DNA from: a virus
Taxonomy: Duplodnaviria; Caudoviricetes
Reading direction: 5' to 3' (one strand)
DNA length: 42,462 bases
IMG/VR virus record: IMGVR_UViG_3300009103_000065
Coordinates: 1-42,462 of that record
The notes beneath the pieces are model-generated. The model had not been told where the DNA came from. It ran no database searches and saw only the letters and a list, made by a program, of their open reading frames with translations. Made by a program: the position numbers and the translations under genes. Positions within the stretch are counted from its first letter, which is position 1. Each line of letters starts with the position of its first letter. Shown here piece by piece: positions 27,512 to 34,885 of the stretch.

Positions 27512-30500
27512 CTAAACATTTGAAATAACTGTAATTTTTGGCAACCACTTAAAAGCCCTACCCTCACCCTCTGCCGCATCTACTTCATCTTCGAGCTGAG
27601 TATTTTCCAAGGAAAAGGCCCTATTTATAGACTTAATCTTTACCCCGGCTGAATTAGCTGAATATGTTTTAAGATTCAGAAGGTCTGCTCGCGATACATT
27701 TATTGAAAACAAAGTATCAGAGGGGATAAGAATATCTCTCCATTTATTCGGATCTCTTTCGCTTCTAATCGAAGCGACTATAGCTTCTTTGGCCTTTATA
27801 ACTACAGCGTGTTCCTCGTCAACATTTATTCCTGTTCCGTTATCAACATGATTATCCCCAGCCACAGAGGTCACGGACATTCTTTGCCAATTTTTTGAAT
27901 CAGAAAACACAAGATTGTTTTCACTGACAACAGCTACAACAGATACTTTTCTGGTTGCTGTTGCGGTATTTCCTGAAGAATCAGATACCTCATATGTAAT
28001 AAAATAATCTTGCACTACATCAGCATTTACAGATCCGCTTGTTACTATGCTGCTAGTCAAATCTCCTTCTGCAGAGTCTATGGCGACGGCTCCCGCATCT
28101 ACGTAAGGCCCAGAGTTTAGCGCATGACTTGTAATAGCATCTCCATTTAGAACAATCACGGGAGCTGTTGTATCCGCAACAACAACTGTTCTAGTCGCCG
28201 TTGCAGTATTTCCCGAGGTATCAGTTACACTATATATAATGCTGTAATTTCCAAGCACATTAGTATTTACAGACCCACTCGTTATTATGCCTCCTGTCGA
28301 ATCTCCATCTGCAGCGTCTAAGGCAGTTGCTCCAGCATCACTATAGCCTGCTGATCCAATCTCAACCAATACTGGATTCTCTCCGAGAATAGTAATCTCA
28401 GGAGCCGTTGAATCTACAATAGTGACTGTCCTAGATATTGTCGCTGTATTAAAGGATGTATCAGATACACTGTATATAACATTATAAGAACCCAGCGCTG
28501 TAGTATCTATACTCCCGACGCTCTGCCCCTGGAAGTCAGTGTAACTTACTGTTACGTTAGTTATAACTCCATCGAAATTGTCTACAGCGAAGACCCCAGC
28601 GTCCTGCCAAGGTCCGGAGCCTACTTCGACGACTTCATTGGGACTTCCAAGCAGGTTAATTGTAGGAGGTGTCACGTCCCCGTTATCCATAACAGTGACT
28701 GTCATGTCCGCAGTACTGGAATTACCAGAACCGTCCGTTACAATATATGTGTACGTCGTGATACCCTCATAGGTAGCAGGAATGGGGTCTCCAGGTGACG
28801 CAGTCTGAGGAGCACCGTTGGTATCGATATAAGAAATAGACCATGTTAATGTATTGCTAGCGTATCCCAAGTCAGTTGCAGTAGCCATAGGGAACGTATT
28901 AAAATCACCTTGAACCATAGTCATATCTGAGGATCCTGGTCCGACATTTCCTTCGGGTATAGTTATCGAGTTCGGGTTCATTGTATCTACAATCATTATC
29001 GCTCTGGTCTCAAAAGTTGGAGCGCCGGACTCACCCACCACTACAAACGTTAAATAATTGAGACCAATTGGAAAAGAATCCGGAAAAACAACAGGCTGGC
29101 CATTCGCATCGAAAACCTCAACCTGGTTAGTCAGGTCTATCCCATCATGGTCCGTTGCTGTAATCGAAAATGAAGACGCAGGAATGGTCATCTCGCCATC
29201 TTGCTGCACCGCTTCATAAGCATCGAGCGTTCCATCTCCAGTGGAATCAGAATTATAACCGAATGGACCATTTACGGTAAGAGTCGCTTTTGCAGGCAGC
29301 TCTCTGCCTAAAGCATGCAGATCATCCACCCCCTGGGCGTCAAGGGCGACTCCTTCCCAAATTGCAACATGTCCTATTTTTCCGTCCCAGCCACCCACGC
29401 CAAAGCCTGGCCATGAACCTATTACAACCTCATAGGATCCGTTTTCTGGCAAGAAGGGGCCTGGCCCAGGAGCCCCAGCCTTTAAAGCTCCGTTAACATA
29501 TATAGAAGACCAGTCTGCGCTGGAGTCATAAGACATAACAACATGAGTCCATACGCCTAAAGGAATCAGGCCTGCTTCATTGGCGTCTAGATCATTGCTC
29601 CAATATCCAAGCCTAATCCTATCGCCGCCGTTCTGCGCTACGAAATGCAAGGTGTGTCCCTGAGATGCCTGAAAAGGGGTTGTAGAAAGCCATGCTTTAT
29701 CCGCATTCAACGAATCCGTCTTTATCCAGGTCGCAATTGTCCATGAGCCGCTGAGATTGCAGTTGCCTAGATTTACATAATTATCGCCATCGAAATCCGC
29801 AACCATAACGCCATTGTCTGCGACATATTGAAATGTATTATTTGGATCCTCCAGGGTTCCACTGGGGCCCCCGAACTCATCATTAGCGTTTCCGCTAAAA
29901 TCAAATCTTTTTGTCATTCCATTTGCCCATGACGGCACAACTCTCTCGACTACAACTGTTCTTGTTTCTGTACTTGAATTGCCTGCTGCGTCTATTGCAG
30001 TGTAAGTGATCGTATAGACTCCCGGCTGAGCTCCTGATGCATCTTGAGCCACCCCTCCCGTCGTCACAACTGCTACTGCACCATCAATACTATCTACTGC
30101 TGTTGCTCCAGCATCTGTATAAGTTGTGCCTTCTGAAATTGTCATTGAGCTATCGCCTAGAACTGTGATTACTGGCGGTAGGGTGTCTGGCACGATAGTT
30201 TTCGCATAGCCGTTATATATCCTTAAGTTCTCCAAAGTAACTGAGGCCTGATGGTTGACATGAGTATCGACGGCATTGGCACCAATTGTAATTGGATAGT
30301 CTGCTGACAAGTCTTGAGGCATAGCTGCAGATGCAACTACGGTGCCATCGAGGTACATACTTACTTGACCATTCTCTCTCACCAATGCATAATGGACCCT
30401 AACCCCTGGAGTAACTTGAGCGCTTGGAGTCCCTGGGCCCCAAATCGTAGCAGCTGGTGAACCAACATGAAGCTGGAACCCTCCGGCCGGGTCGTACCAA

Positions 30501-31387
30501 GTGTTCAGGTGTGGGGTGGTATGGGAGCCAAGATCGGACCCATGTCCTCTGAAGTCAAAAAGATAATCTTGATTCCAGGGTGCGCCGGCGGCTTCGTGAA
30601 CCGTAAGATAACACTCAATTGTAAAATCATCTGTCCCAAAAGCAAAATTGCCTGAATCTGCTGACAGATAATGTGTCGTTTCACCATTGTATCCGGCATC
30701 TATAGAACTTCTTTCTAAAGCCAAATAATCGGTCTCCTGTGCCGTAGTTGAGTGTAGTGTTGCTACTTCGGAGGCTGATAAGGCATGGTCATAGACTCTA
30801 AACTCATCCATATGACCTATGAAGCCATCGGCGGGTTGAGCGGTATCCGCATGTCCAATTTTTGGAGCAACATTCGTGCCTTCGGACGAAGGTGCTATTA
30901 AAGCTGTACTGCTTAGTGGTACAGAGACGCCATTATGGTACATCGAAATAGTACCACCATCACTTACTAAGACAACATGTTGCCACTCGTTGGTCTGAAT
31001 AATGTTAGAATTGTTAGAGGTAATGTAATGTGCGCCGGCGTTATAAGTGTAAAGCTTTAATCTTCCATCACTCTCAAACCCGAAGGACATATAGACCATC
31101 CCCTTGCTAAAGATTGAAGTAAAGCGATAGGCGGGGCCCCCTGACTGAGTTATGCTTGTGGGCTTAATCCAAGCCCCCAAAGTAAATGATTGAGTATTAG
31201 ATGTAATATCTAATAAATTCGAATCCGCAGTAATATGCGTGCCGTCGCCGGCCCCAAGCGAAGTCTCTGACCCTCCATCGAAATGCGCGGCAGTACGATC
31301 GCCAACGGGTTGGTTTACCTGAGCGTTACCCTCAAGGCTAATACCGGTATCGGTGCCATCAAAGAGGAAGTGTTTTATTAAAGCCAT
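27512..31387 (-). CDS. Large adhesin-like virion protein (3 LamG-like domains plus multiple DUF5011-like Ig repeats)
   Basis: 1291 aa, AAGGAG SD. LamG signatures FTLGAWIKP...WQHVVLV, FTIECYL...HYALVR and WTIATWIK...WTHVVMSY. At least four clear D..PP.I...G......Y.DAGA.A.D..DG...G.Y...Y...D.SGN...R.V.V repeats. Confidence 0.85.
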   Translation of the reverse strand: MALIKHFLFDGTDTGISLEGNAQVNQPVGDRTAAHFDGGSETSLGAGDGTHITADSNLLDITSNTQSFTLGAWIKPTSITQSGGPAYRFTSIFSKGMVYMSFGFESDGRLKLYTYNAGAHYITSNNSNIIQTNEWQHVVLVSDGGTISMYHNGVSVPLSSTALIAPSSEGTNVAPKIGHADTAQPADGFIGHMDEFRVYDHALSASEVATLHSTTAQETDYLALERSSIDAGYNGETTHYLSADSGNFAFGTDDFTIECYLTVHEAAGAPWNQDYLFDFRGHGSDLGSHTTPHLNTWYDPAGGFQLHVGSPAATIWGPGTPSAQVTPGVRVHYALVRENGQVSMYLDGTVVASAAMPQDLSADYPITIGANAVDTHVNHQASVTLENLRIYNGYAKTIVPDTLPPVITVLGDSSMTISEGTTYTDAGATAVDSIDGAVAVVTTGGVAQDASGAQPGVYTITYTAIDAAGNSSTETRTVVVERVVPSWANGMTKRFDFSGNANDEFGGPSGTLEDPNNTFQYVADNGVMVADFDGDNYVNLGNCNLSGSWTIATWIKTDSLNADKAWLSTTPFQASQGHTLHFVAQNGGDRIRLGYWSNDLDANEAGLIPLGVWTHVVMSYDSSADWSSIYVNGALKAGAPGPGPFLPENGSYEVVIGSWPGFGVGGWDGKIGHVAIWEGVALDAQGVDDLHALGRELPAKATLTVNGPFGYNSDSTGDGTLDAYEAVQQDGEMTIPASSFSITATDHDGIDLTNQVEVFDANGQPVVFPDSFPIGLNYLTFVVVGESGAPTFETRAIMIVDTMNPNSITIPEGNVGPGSSDMTMVQGDFNTFPMATATDLGYASNTLTWSISYIDTNGAPQTASPGDPIPATYEGITTYTYIVTDGSGNSSTADMTVTVMDNGDVTPPTINLLGSPNEVVEVGSGPWQDAGVFAVDNFDGVITNVTVSYTDFQGQSVGSIDTTALGSYNVIYSVSDTSFNTATISRTVTIVDSTAPEITILGENPVLVEIGSAGYSDAGATALDAADGDSTGGIITSGSVNTNVLGNYSIIYSVTDTSGNTATATRTVVVADTTAPVIVLNGDAITSHALNSGPYVDAGAVAIDSAEGDLTSSIVTSGSVNADVVQDYFITYEVSDSSGNTATATRKVSVVAVVSENNLVFSDSKNWQRMSVTSVAGDNHVDNGTGINVDEEHAVVIKAKEAIVASIRSERDPNKWRDILIPSDTLFSINVSRADLLNLKTYSANSAGVKIKSINRAFSLENTQLEDEVDAAEGEGRAFKWLPKITVISNV

Positions 31388-31399
31388 TTTCTATTCTCC

Positions 31400-32026
31400 T
31401 TATTCCCAAACTGCGATGTTTATATTGACTCCAAAATCAGATGGAGCTATTCCATTAAGAAATTTGATTCTTCCATCATCATCCTCATGAATAACATAAG
31501 CATCTTCATGTTGTGCCTTACCATCTACGAACAACATAAGGGATTTATTGGCTAAGTTTGAAAAATCTGACCCAAAATCAACAAATACACTGGGATCCAC
31601 AGGAGACTGGGATGGCACAAAGCCTTGTGCTCTATTTACAAGACGCATGCCCTCTATGTCAGCAACTCGATCCTGCAAGGCAGTCTTTTCCGTGGGAGCT
31701 ATTTCCTCTCCGGATACAGGGCTTATGGCGTCTGAGGAAAGCCCATTCTCCAGGCGGTACATAACAACTTTTTTAGACGATGCTGAAGTAAAATTAATAT
31801 GAGTAACCGCCGGATAGAGATCTAAATATACACTTGTGACGCCAGAGGAGCCATCAATAGTCCGCACACTAGTCCAACCATTAATTACATCGTAAAAGAA
31901 AACCTCCACAAGCGATCTTGCTCTTAAAAAGATTGATTGCTCTCCAGCCCTGACGTAAGAGTCCTCTAGAGCAAACTGATTAGAATTAACTTTTGGTATA
32001 TGTTTTGATTTATTGTCGTTAAACAT
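31400..32026 (-). CDS. Putative virion protein with C-terminal 'F.DG' beta module
   Basis: 208 aa, TAAGGAG SD, ends LMLFVDGKAQHEDAYVI...GRIKFLNGIAP...NINIAVW. First gene of the adhesin operon. Confidence 0.7.
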   Translation of the reverse strand: MFNDNKSKHIPKVNSNQFALEDSYVRAGEQSIFLRARSLVEVFFYDVINGWTSVRTIDGSSGVTSVYLDLYPAVTHINFTSASSKKVVMYRLENGLSSDAISPVSGEEIAPTEKTALQDRVADIEGMRLVNRAQGFVPSQSPVDPSVFVDFGSDFSNLANKSLMLFVDGKAQHEDAYVIHEDDDGRIKFLNGIAPSDFGVNINIAVWE

Positions 32027-32162
32027 TAGTTCTCCTTAGATAAACAATTTGTTATATAAGATAAAAACAAAAAGGCCAAGGACCTTTTGTATATCTATTA
32101 CGTACCTAACGAAAACTAATGTTAACTGAGATAATTTTAACTTTGTCGCTATTAACTTGTTT

Positions 32163-32169
32163 ATTAGTA
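32163..32169 (-). promoter_or_regulatory. Candidate late promoter TACTAAT
   Basis: 136 nt upstream of the first gene of the adhesin operon. Confidence 0.5.
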
Positions 32170-32276
32170 CTTCGAACTGATTTATTTATTTAACTAAAGA
32201 GAAAGGAGCTAGGGAGTCAATAATTTTCAATAGAAAAAAAAATATTTTCTTAGCGCCTTATTTTAACACATATTTG

Positions 32277-32498
32277 TTAACTAGAATATAAAAGCTTCTT
32301 TAGGGATCTCACCTGATTATCAAATCTGCAAAAATCACTACTAAAATATTCTAAAGATAAAGCATCAGCCTCACCGTTTTCGTCAGCAATAACGAACTGA
32401 AATCGACCAGACGCCAATTTTTTCGCGCTAAGAAGCTTTAGCCCCTTAAAGGTCAAATAAGCAGCTAATGCTAGATCTGATGTTTCGTACTGATTCAT
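32277..32498 (-). CDS. Small putative DNA-binding protein, DUF5659-like
   Basis: 73 aa, YETSDLALAAYL..KG.KL......GRF.FV...Y.....F...R.LK..LY, a pattern recalled from DUF5659 phage proteins. Confidence 0.6.
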   Translation of the reverse strand: MNQYETSDLALAAYLTFKGLKLLSAKKLASGRFQFVIADENGEADALSLEYFSSDFCRFDNQVRSLKKLLYSS

Positions 32499-32533
32499 TT
32501 TCCATTCCCGTTGTAATCAAATTATTGTAATAA

Positions 32534-32540
32534 ATTAATA
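32534..32540 (-). promoter_or_regulatory. Candidate late promoter TATTAAT
   Basis: 35 nt upstream of the 73-aa gene. Confidence 0.45.
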
Positions 32541-32551
32541 GAATAATTTTT

Positions 32552-33034
32552 TCAACAATTATGCTTTTCGATGTATTTTCTGTGGACAGAGCATATTTCC
32601 TGACCACTAGGGGCCTGTCTCTTGCACCTATTTCCATCTGTCTTTACAAACCCACACTGTATAAATGCAAAGCCCACGACATCTCTGTAGGTTCTATCCG
32701 CCTTATCATTTTCAACAATATTTTCAGCCTCCTCCATAACAATAGGGAAAATGCTATCTTCGCTTTCCGCAACATCTTCTGGGGCAGAATCTTTGTCCTC
32801 AAGAATAACATACGGCTCATCATTTATCATTTCTGCATATTGTTCGCTTGATGGCTTTAAGCCCGCAAGATCATCTTCGTATTCAAAAAATGTGTCATAT
32901 TTATCGGATGGGTCGTCCTCCTCCATGATAATGGCATTCTTGCCTCTTCGATGACTAAAGCTATCTTGAGCCCTATCTGGAAGTGGAGATCCTTTTATCA
33001 GAAATGTTCGCTCTACTAGCTTTCTTGAGATCAT
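32552..33034 (-). CDS. Acidic protein with C-terminal CCCH zinc-finger (DUF5763-like)
   Basis: QCGFVKTDGNRCKRQAPSGQEICSVH gives C-x9-C-x10-C-x2-H; the central region is acidic. Confidence 0.65.
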   Translation of the reverse strand: MISRKLVERTFLIKGSPLPDRAQDSFSHRRGKNAIIMEEDDPSDKYDTFFEYEDDLAGLKPSSEQYAEMINDEPYVILEDKDSAPEDVAESEDSIFPIVMEEAENIVENDKADRTYRDVVGFAFIQCGFVKTDGNRCKRQAPSGQEICSVHRKYIEKHNC

Positions 33035-33076
33035 AAATAAACCTTTGCTCTATACCGCCCTATATAGTCTTATAAA

Positions 33077-33083
33077 ATTAATA
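33077..33083 (-). promoter_or_regulatory. Candidate late promoter TATTAAT
   Basis: Directly after the MCP terminator and 42 nt upstream of the zinc-finger gene. Confidence 0.45.
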
Positions 33084-33084
33084 T

Positions 33085-33118
33085 AAAAAAGGGCATAGCA
33101 GAATAAACTGCTATGCCC
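33085..33118 (-). terminator. Intrinsic terminator after the major capsid gene
   Basis: 11-bp perfect stem GGGCATAGCAG-TTTATT-CTGCTATGCCC followed by TTTTTT. Confidence 0.92.
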
Positions 33119-33152
33119 CTTAAGTCATTTAACTTTTAGAAAAAAGTTTTTT

Positions 33153-34172
33153 TTAGTCAACTGTACCAGTTGCAACGCCACGAGGGTTAACGATACCAAT
33201 ACCGATAATCTCATTGACAACCCAACCAAGCTTAAGCTGCTTGGGCTCATCAGCGGGAAGCACCTCAATGTCCTGACGGACAGGCATCACGCCAACAAAC
33301 TCAGGATCAGCACAAGCGAAGCCACGGGCAGACGGAACAACCTTGGAGACGATGATATCGGCACCAAAGATGTGGCCATAAAGACCAGTCTGAAGCAGTT
33401 CACGCTGAGTGACAGGATCGACCTGAGAAGCACCATTAGCATTACCGGCAGATTCCCATGCGAGAATGTCAGTAAACTCATTGATGTTGAGGAAGTACTT
33501 CGAAGTAACAAGGTCCCAACGATCAATTTGTCGCTTAAGGTTAAGTAGACCATTCTTGTCCAAGCTTCCAGCGGTAGCTGGAGACAAGTCAACAGCAGCA
33601 TTCTCACCACCGAGGGTGGAATCACCAGCAAACTCAAGAGCCGAGAAGACGTTAGCATCTTCCTGAGCCTGAATTTCCTGACGAGCCTTCTGTTGAGCAC
33701 GATCGATTACATTGAATCGACGACGCTTAACTTCAGCAATGCGAACAGTCGGATTCGAGACAACCTCAAATTCCGGAACGGTCACACGATCGCCAAAGAC
33801 ACGCGACTCAGGAGCTGAACCATTGCTGGAAACAACTACAGCCGCGACATCAATATCACGATCGTAAACAGGTAGAGCACCCTGAGGTAGAGGATCGACA
33901 ACAAGAGCCTTGCGAGCAACGCCTTGATAATCGAGGTTTCTACGGATTGGGTTAGCCATAGCCTGACCGAGAGCAATCTTGCCCTCTTGTGTCATTAGAG
34001 CCTGCTTGATCATCTCATCTCTCTGACCATCATTTAAGCTAGGAGCAGTTGCCTGCGCATTGCTTGATGGCTGAAGATCTTCGATAACCGAAGCATACTT
34101 GACAATTTGTGTTAACGCCTCTTGAACATTGGAGGCATTGATTTCACCATGCGTATTAAATAGTGTAGACAT
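33153..34172 (-). CDS. Major capsid protein, HK97 fold
   Basis: 339 aa, very strong SD (TAAGGAGG) and a strong terminator. PIRRNLDYQGVARKALVVD.LPQGALPVYD...VPEFEVVSNP.V......RRFNVIDR.Q......IQAQED..VF...G.IFGADIIVS..VP...GWVVNE.IGIGIVNPRGV fits the HK97 E-loop/spine helix/P-domain layout. Confidence 0.88.
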   Translation of the reverse strand: MSTLFNTHGEINASNVQEALTQIVKYASVIEDLQPSSNAQATAPSLNDGQRDEMIKQALMTQEGKIALGQAMANPIRRNLDYQGVARKALVVDPLPQGALPVYDRDIDVAAVVVSSNGSAPESRVFGDRVTVPEFEVVSNPTVRIAEVKRRRFNVIDRAQQKARQEIQAQEDANVFSALEFAGDSTLGGENAAVDLSPATAGSLDKNGLLNLKRQIDRWDLVTSKYFLNINEFTDILAWESAGNANGASQVDPVTQRELLQTGLYGHIFGADIIVSKVVPSARGFACADPEFVGVMPVRQDIEVLPADEPKQLKLGWVVNEIIGIGIVNPRGVATGTVD

Positions 34173-34182
34173 ATTATCCTCC

Positions 34183-34812
34183 TTATGCCGTTAAGTCTGT
34201 AGCAGCGCCATTACCAGCGAAGAATATCGCATGATACTCTTCAGCTGCCGCTAGGCCAACTGCTGCGTTAGTTGTTGATACAAGCGAACTGTCAGTCATC
34301 GCACCGACATAAATACCGACATCATGCCCATTTGCGGTGGTCTGCAATACCCCAGCATTTGATGCACTCAGAGGGGCGTTAGCCTGTGCTGCAGTAAGTT
34401 CCGTTGGATGTTGACCATTCACTCCGTAAAGACCCGCCTGGGCCCAAACAGTAACCTTGCCAGAGGCACGATCTGTACTAGGGCCGATGACAACAGCACC
34501 ACCAGTGGTGCCAGATTGGGTCGCTCTACCGGTATTAGAACCGATTAAGCTGCCAAAAAGAGTGCCATACTCATCTGTCCCCTCATCAGCAAGTCCGCCA
34601 AGATTCCCAGCAGTTCGAGCTGCTAGTGCAAAGTTTACGCCTGTGTCAGTATCCGAAAGCTGACCTACGTCAGCCGCGTATGCTTCCACGTTATCAACAG
34701 CCATCGACTGAAGCTCGCAATACTCTCCACCTACGACAGAACCTGCGTCACCGTCTTCTAGGTCAAACATGCCAAGGGGTCTCAGTCCTGGGTTTAATAA
34801 TTTTAAAGCCAT
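34183..34812 (-). CDS. Capsid decoration/cement-like protein
   Basis: 209 aa, Gly/Ala-rich, directly upstream of the MCP, AAGGAG SD. GLADE...ASGKVTVW...GLY...L.....G.L pattern. Confidence 0.6.
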   Translation of the reverse strand: MALKLLNPGLRPLGMFDLEDGDAGSVVGGEYCELQSMAVDNVEAYAADVGQLSDTDTGVNFALAARTAGNLGGLADEGTDEYGTLFGSLIGSNTGRATQSGTTGGAVVIGPSTDRASGKVTVWAQAGLYGVNGQHPTELTAAQANAPLSASNAGVLQTTANGHDVGIYVGAMTDSSLVSTTNAAVGLAAAEEYHAIFFAGNGAATDLTA

Positions 34813-34846
34813 TTTTATTTCTCCTTGAAATTTTATTTTACATTTA

Positions 34847-34871
34847 ATTATATCTAACCATTAGATATAAT
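34847..34871. promoter_or_regulatory. Perfect 11-bp inverted repeat upstream of the decoration-MCP pair
   Basis: ATTATATCTAA-CCA-TTAGATATAAT in the 73-nt intergenic gap; function unknown. Confidence 0.45.
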
Positions 34872-34885
34872 CGTCTAGGTTTACT

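Noticed and set aside
748-31387. Diversity-generating retroelement acting on the fibres or adhesins
   Set aside because: I saw no reverse transcriptase and no template/variable repeat pair with adenine-specific differences. A self dot-plot of the full genome would be needed to exclude it.
32191-32220. Sigma70 promoter (TTGACT on the minus strand) and SD-like AAAGGAG on the plus strand
   Set aside because: No convincing -10 box at 16-18 nt spacing, and no start codon follows the plus-strand SD-like sequence.
33153-34172. Encapsulin rather than phage capsid
   Set aside because: The context of scaffold, decoration, neck, fibre and lysis-like genes indicates a virion; no encapsulin cargo enzyme is adjacent.
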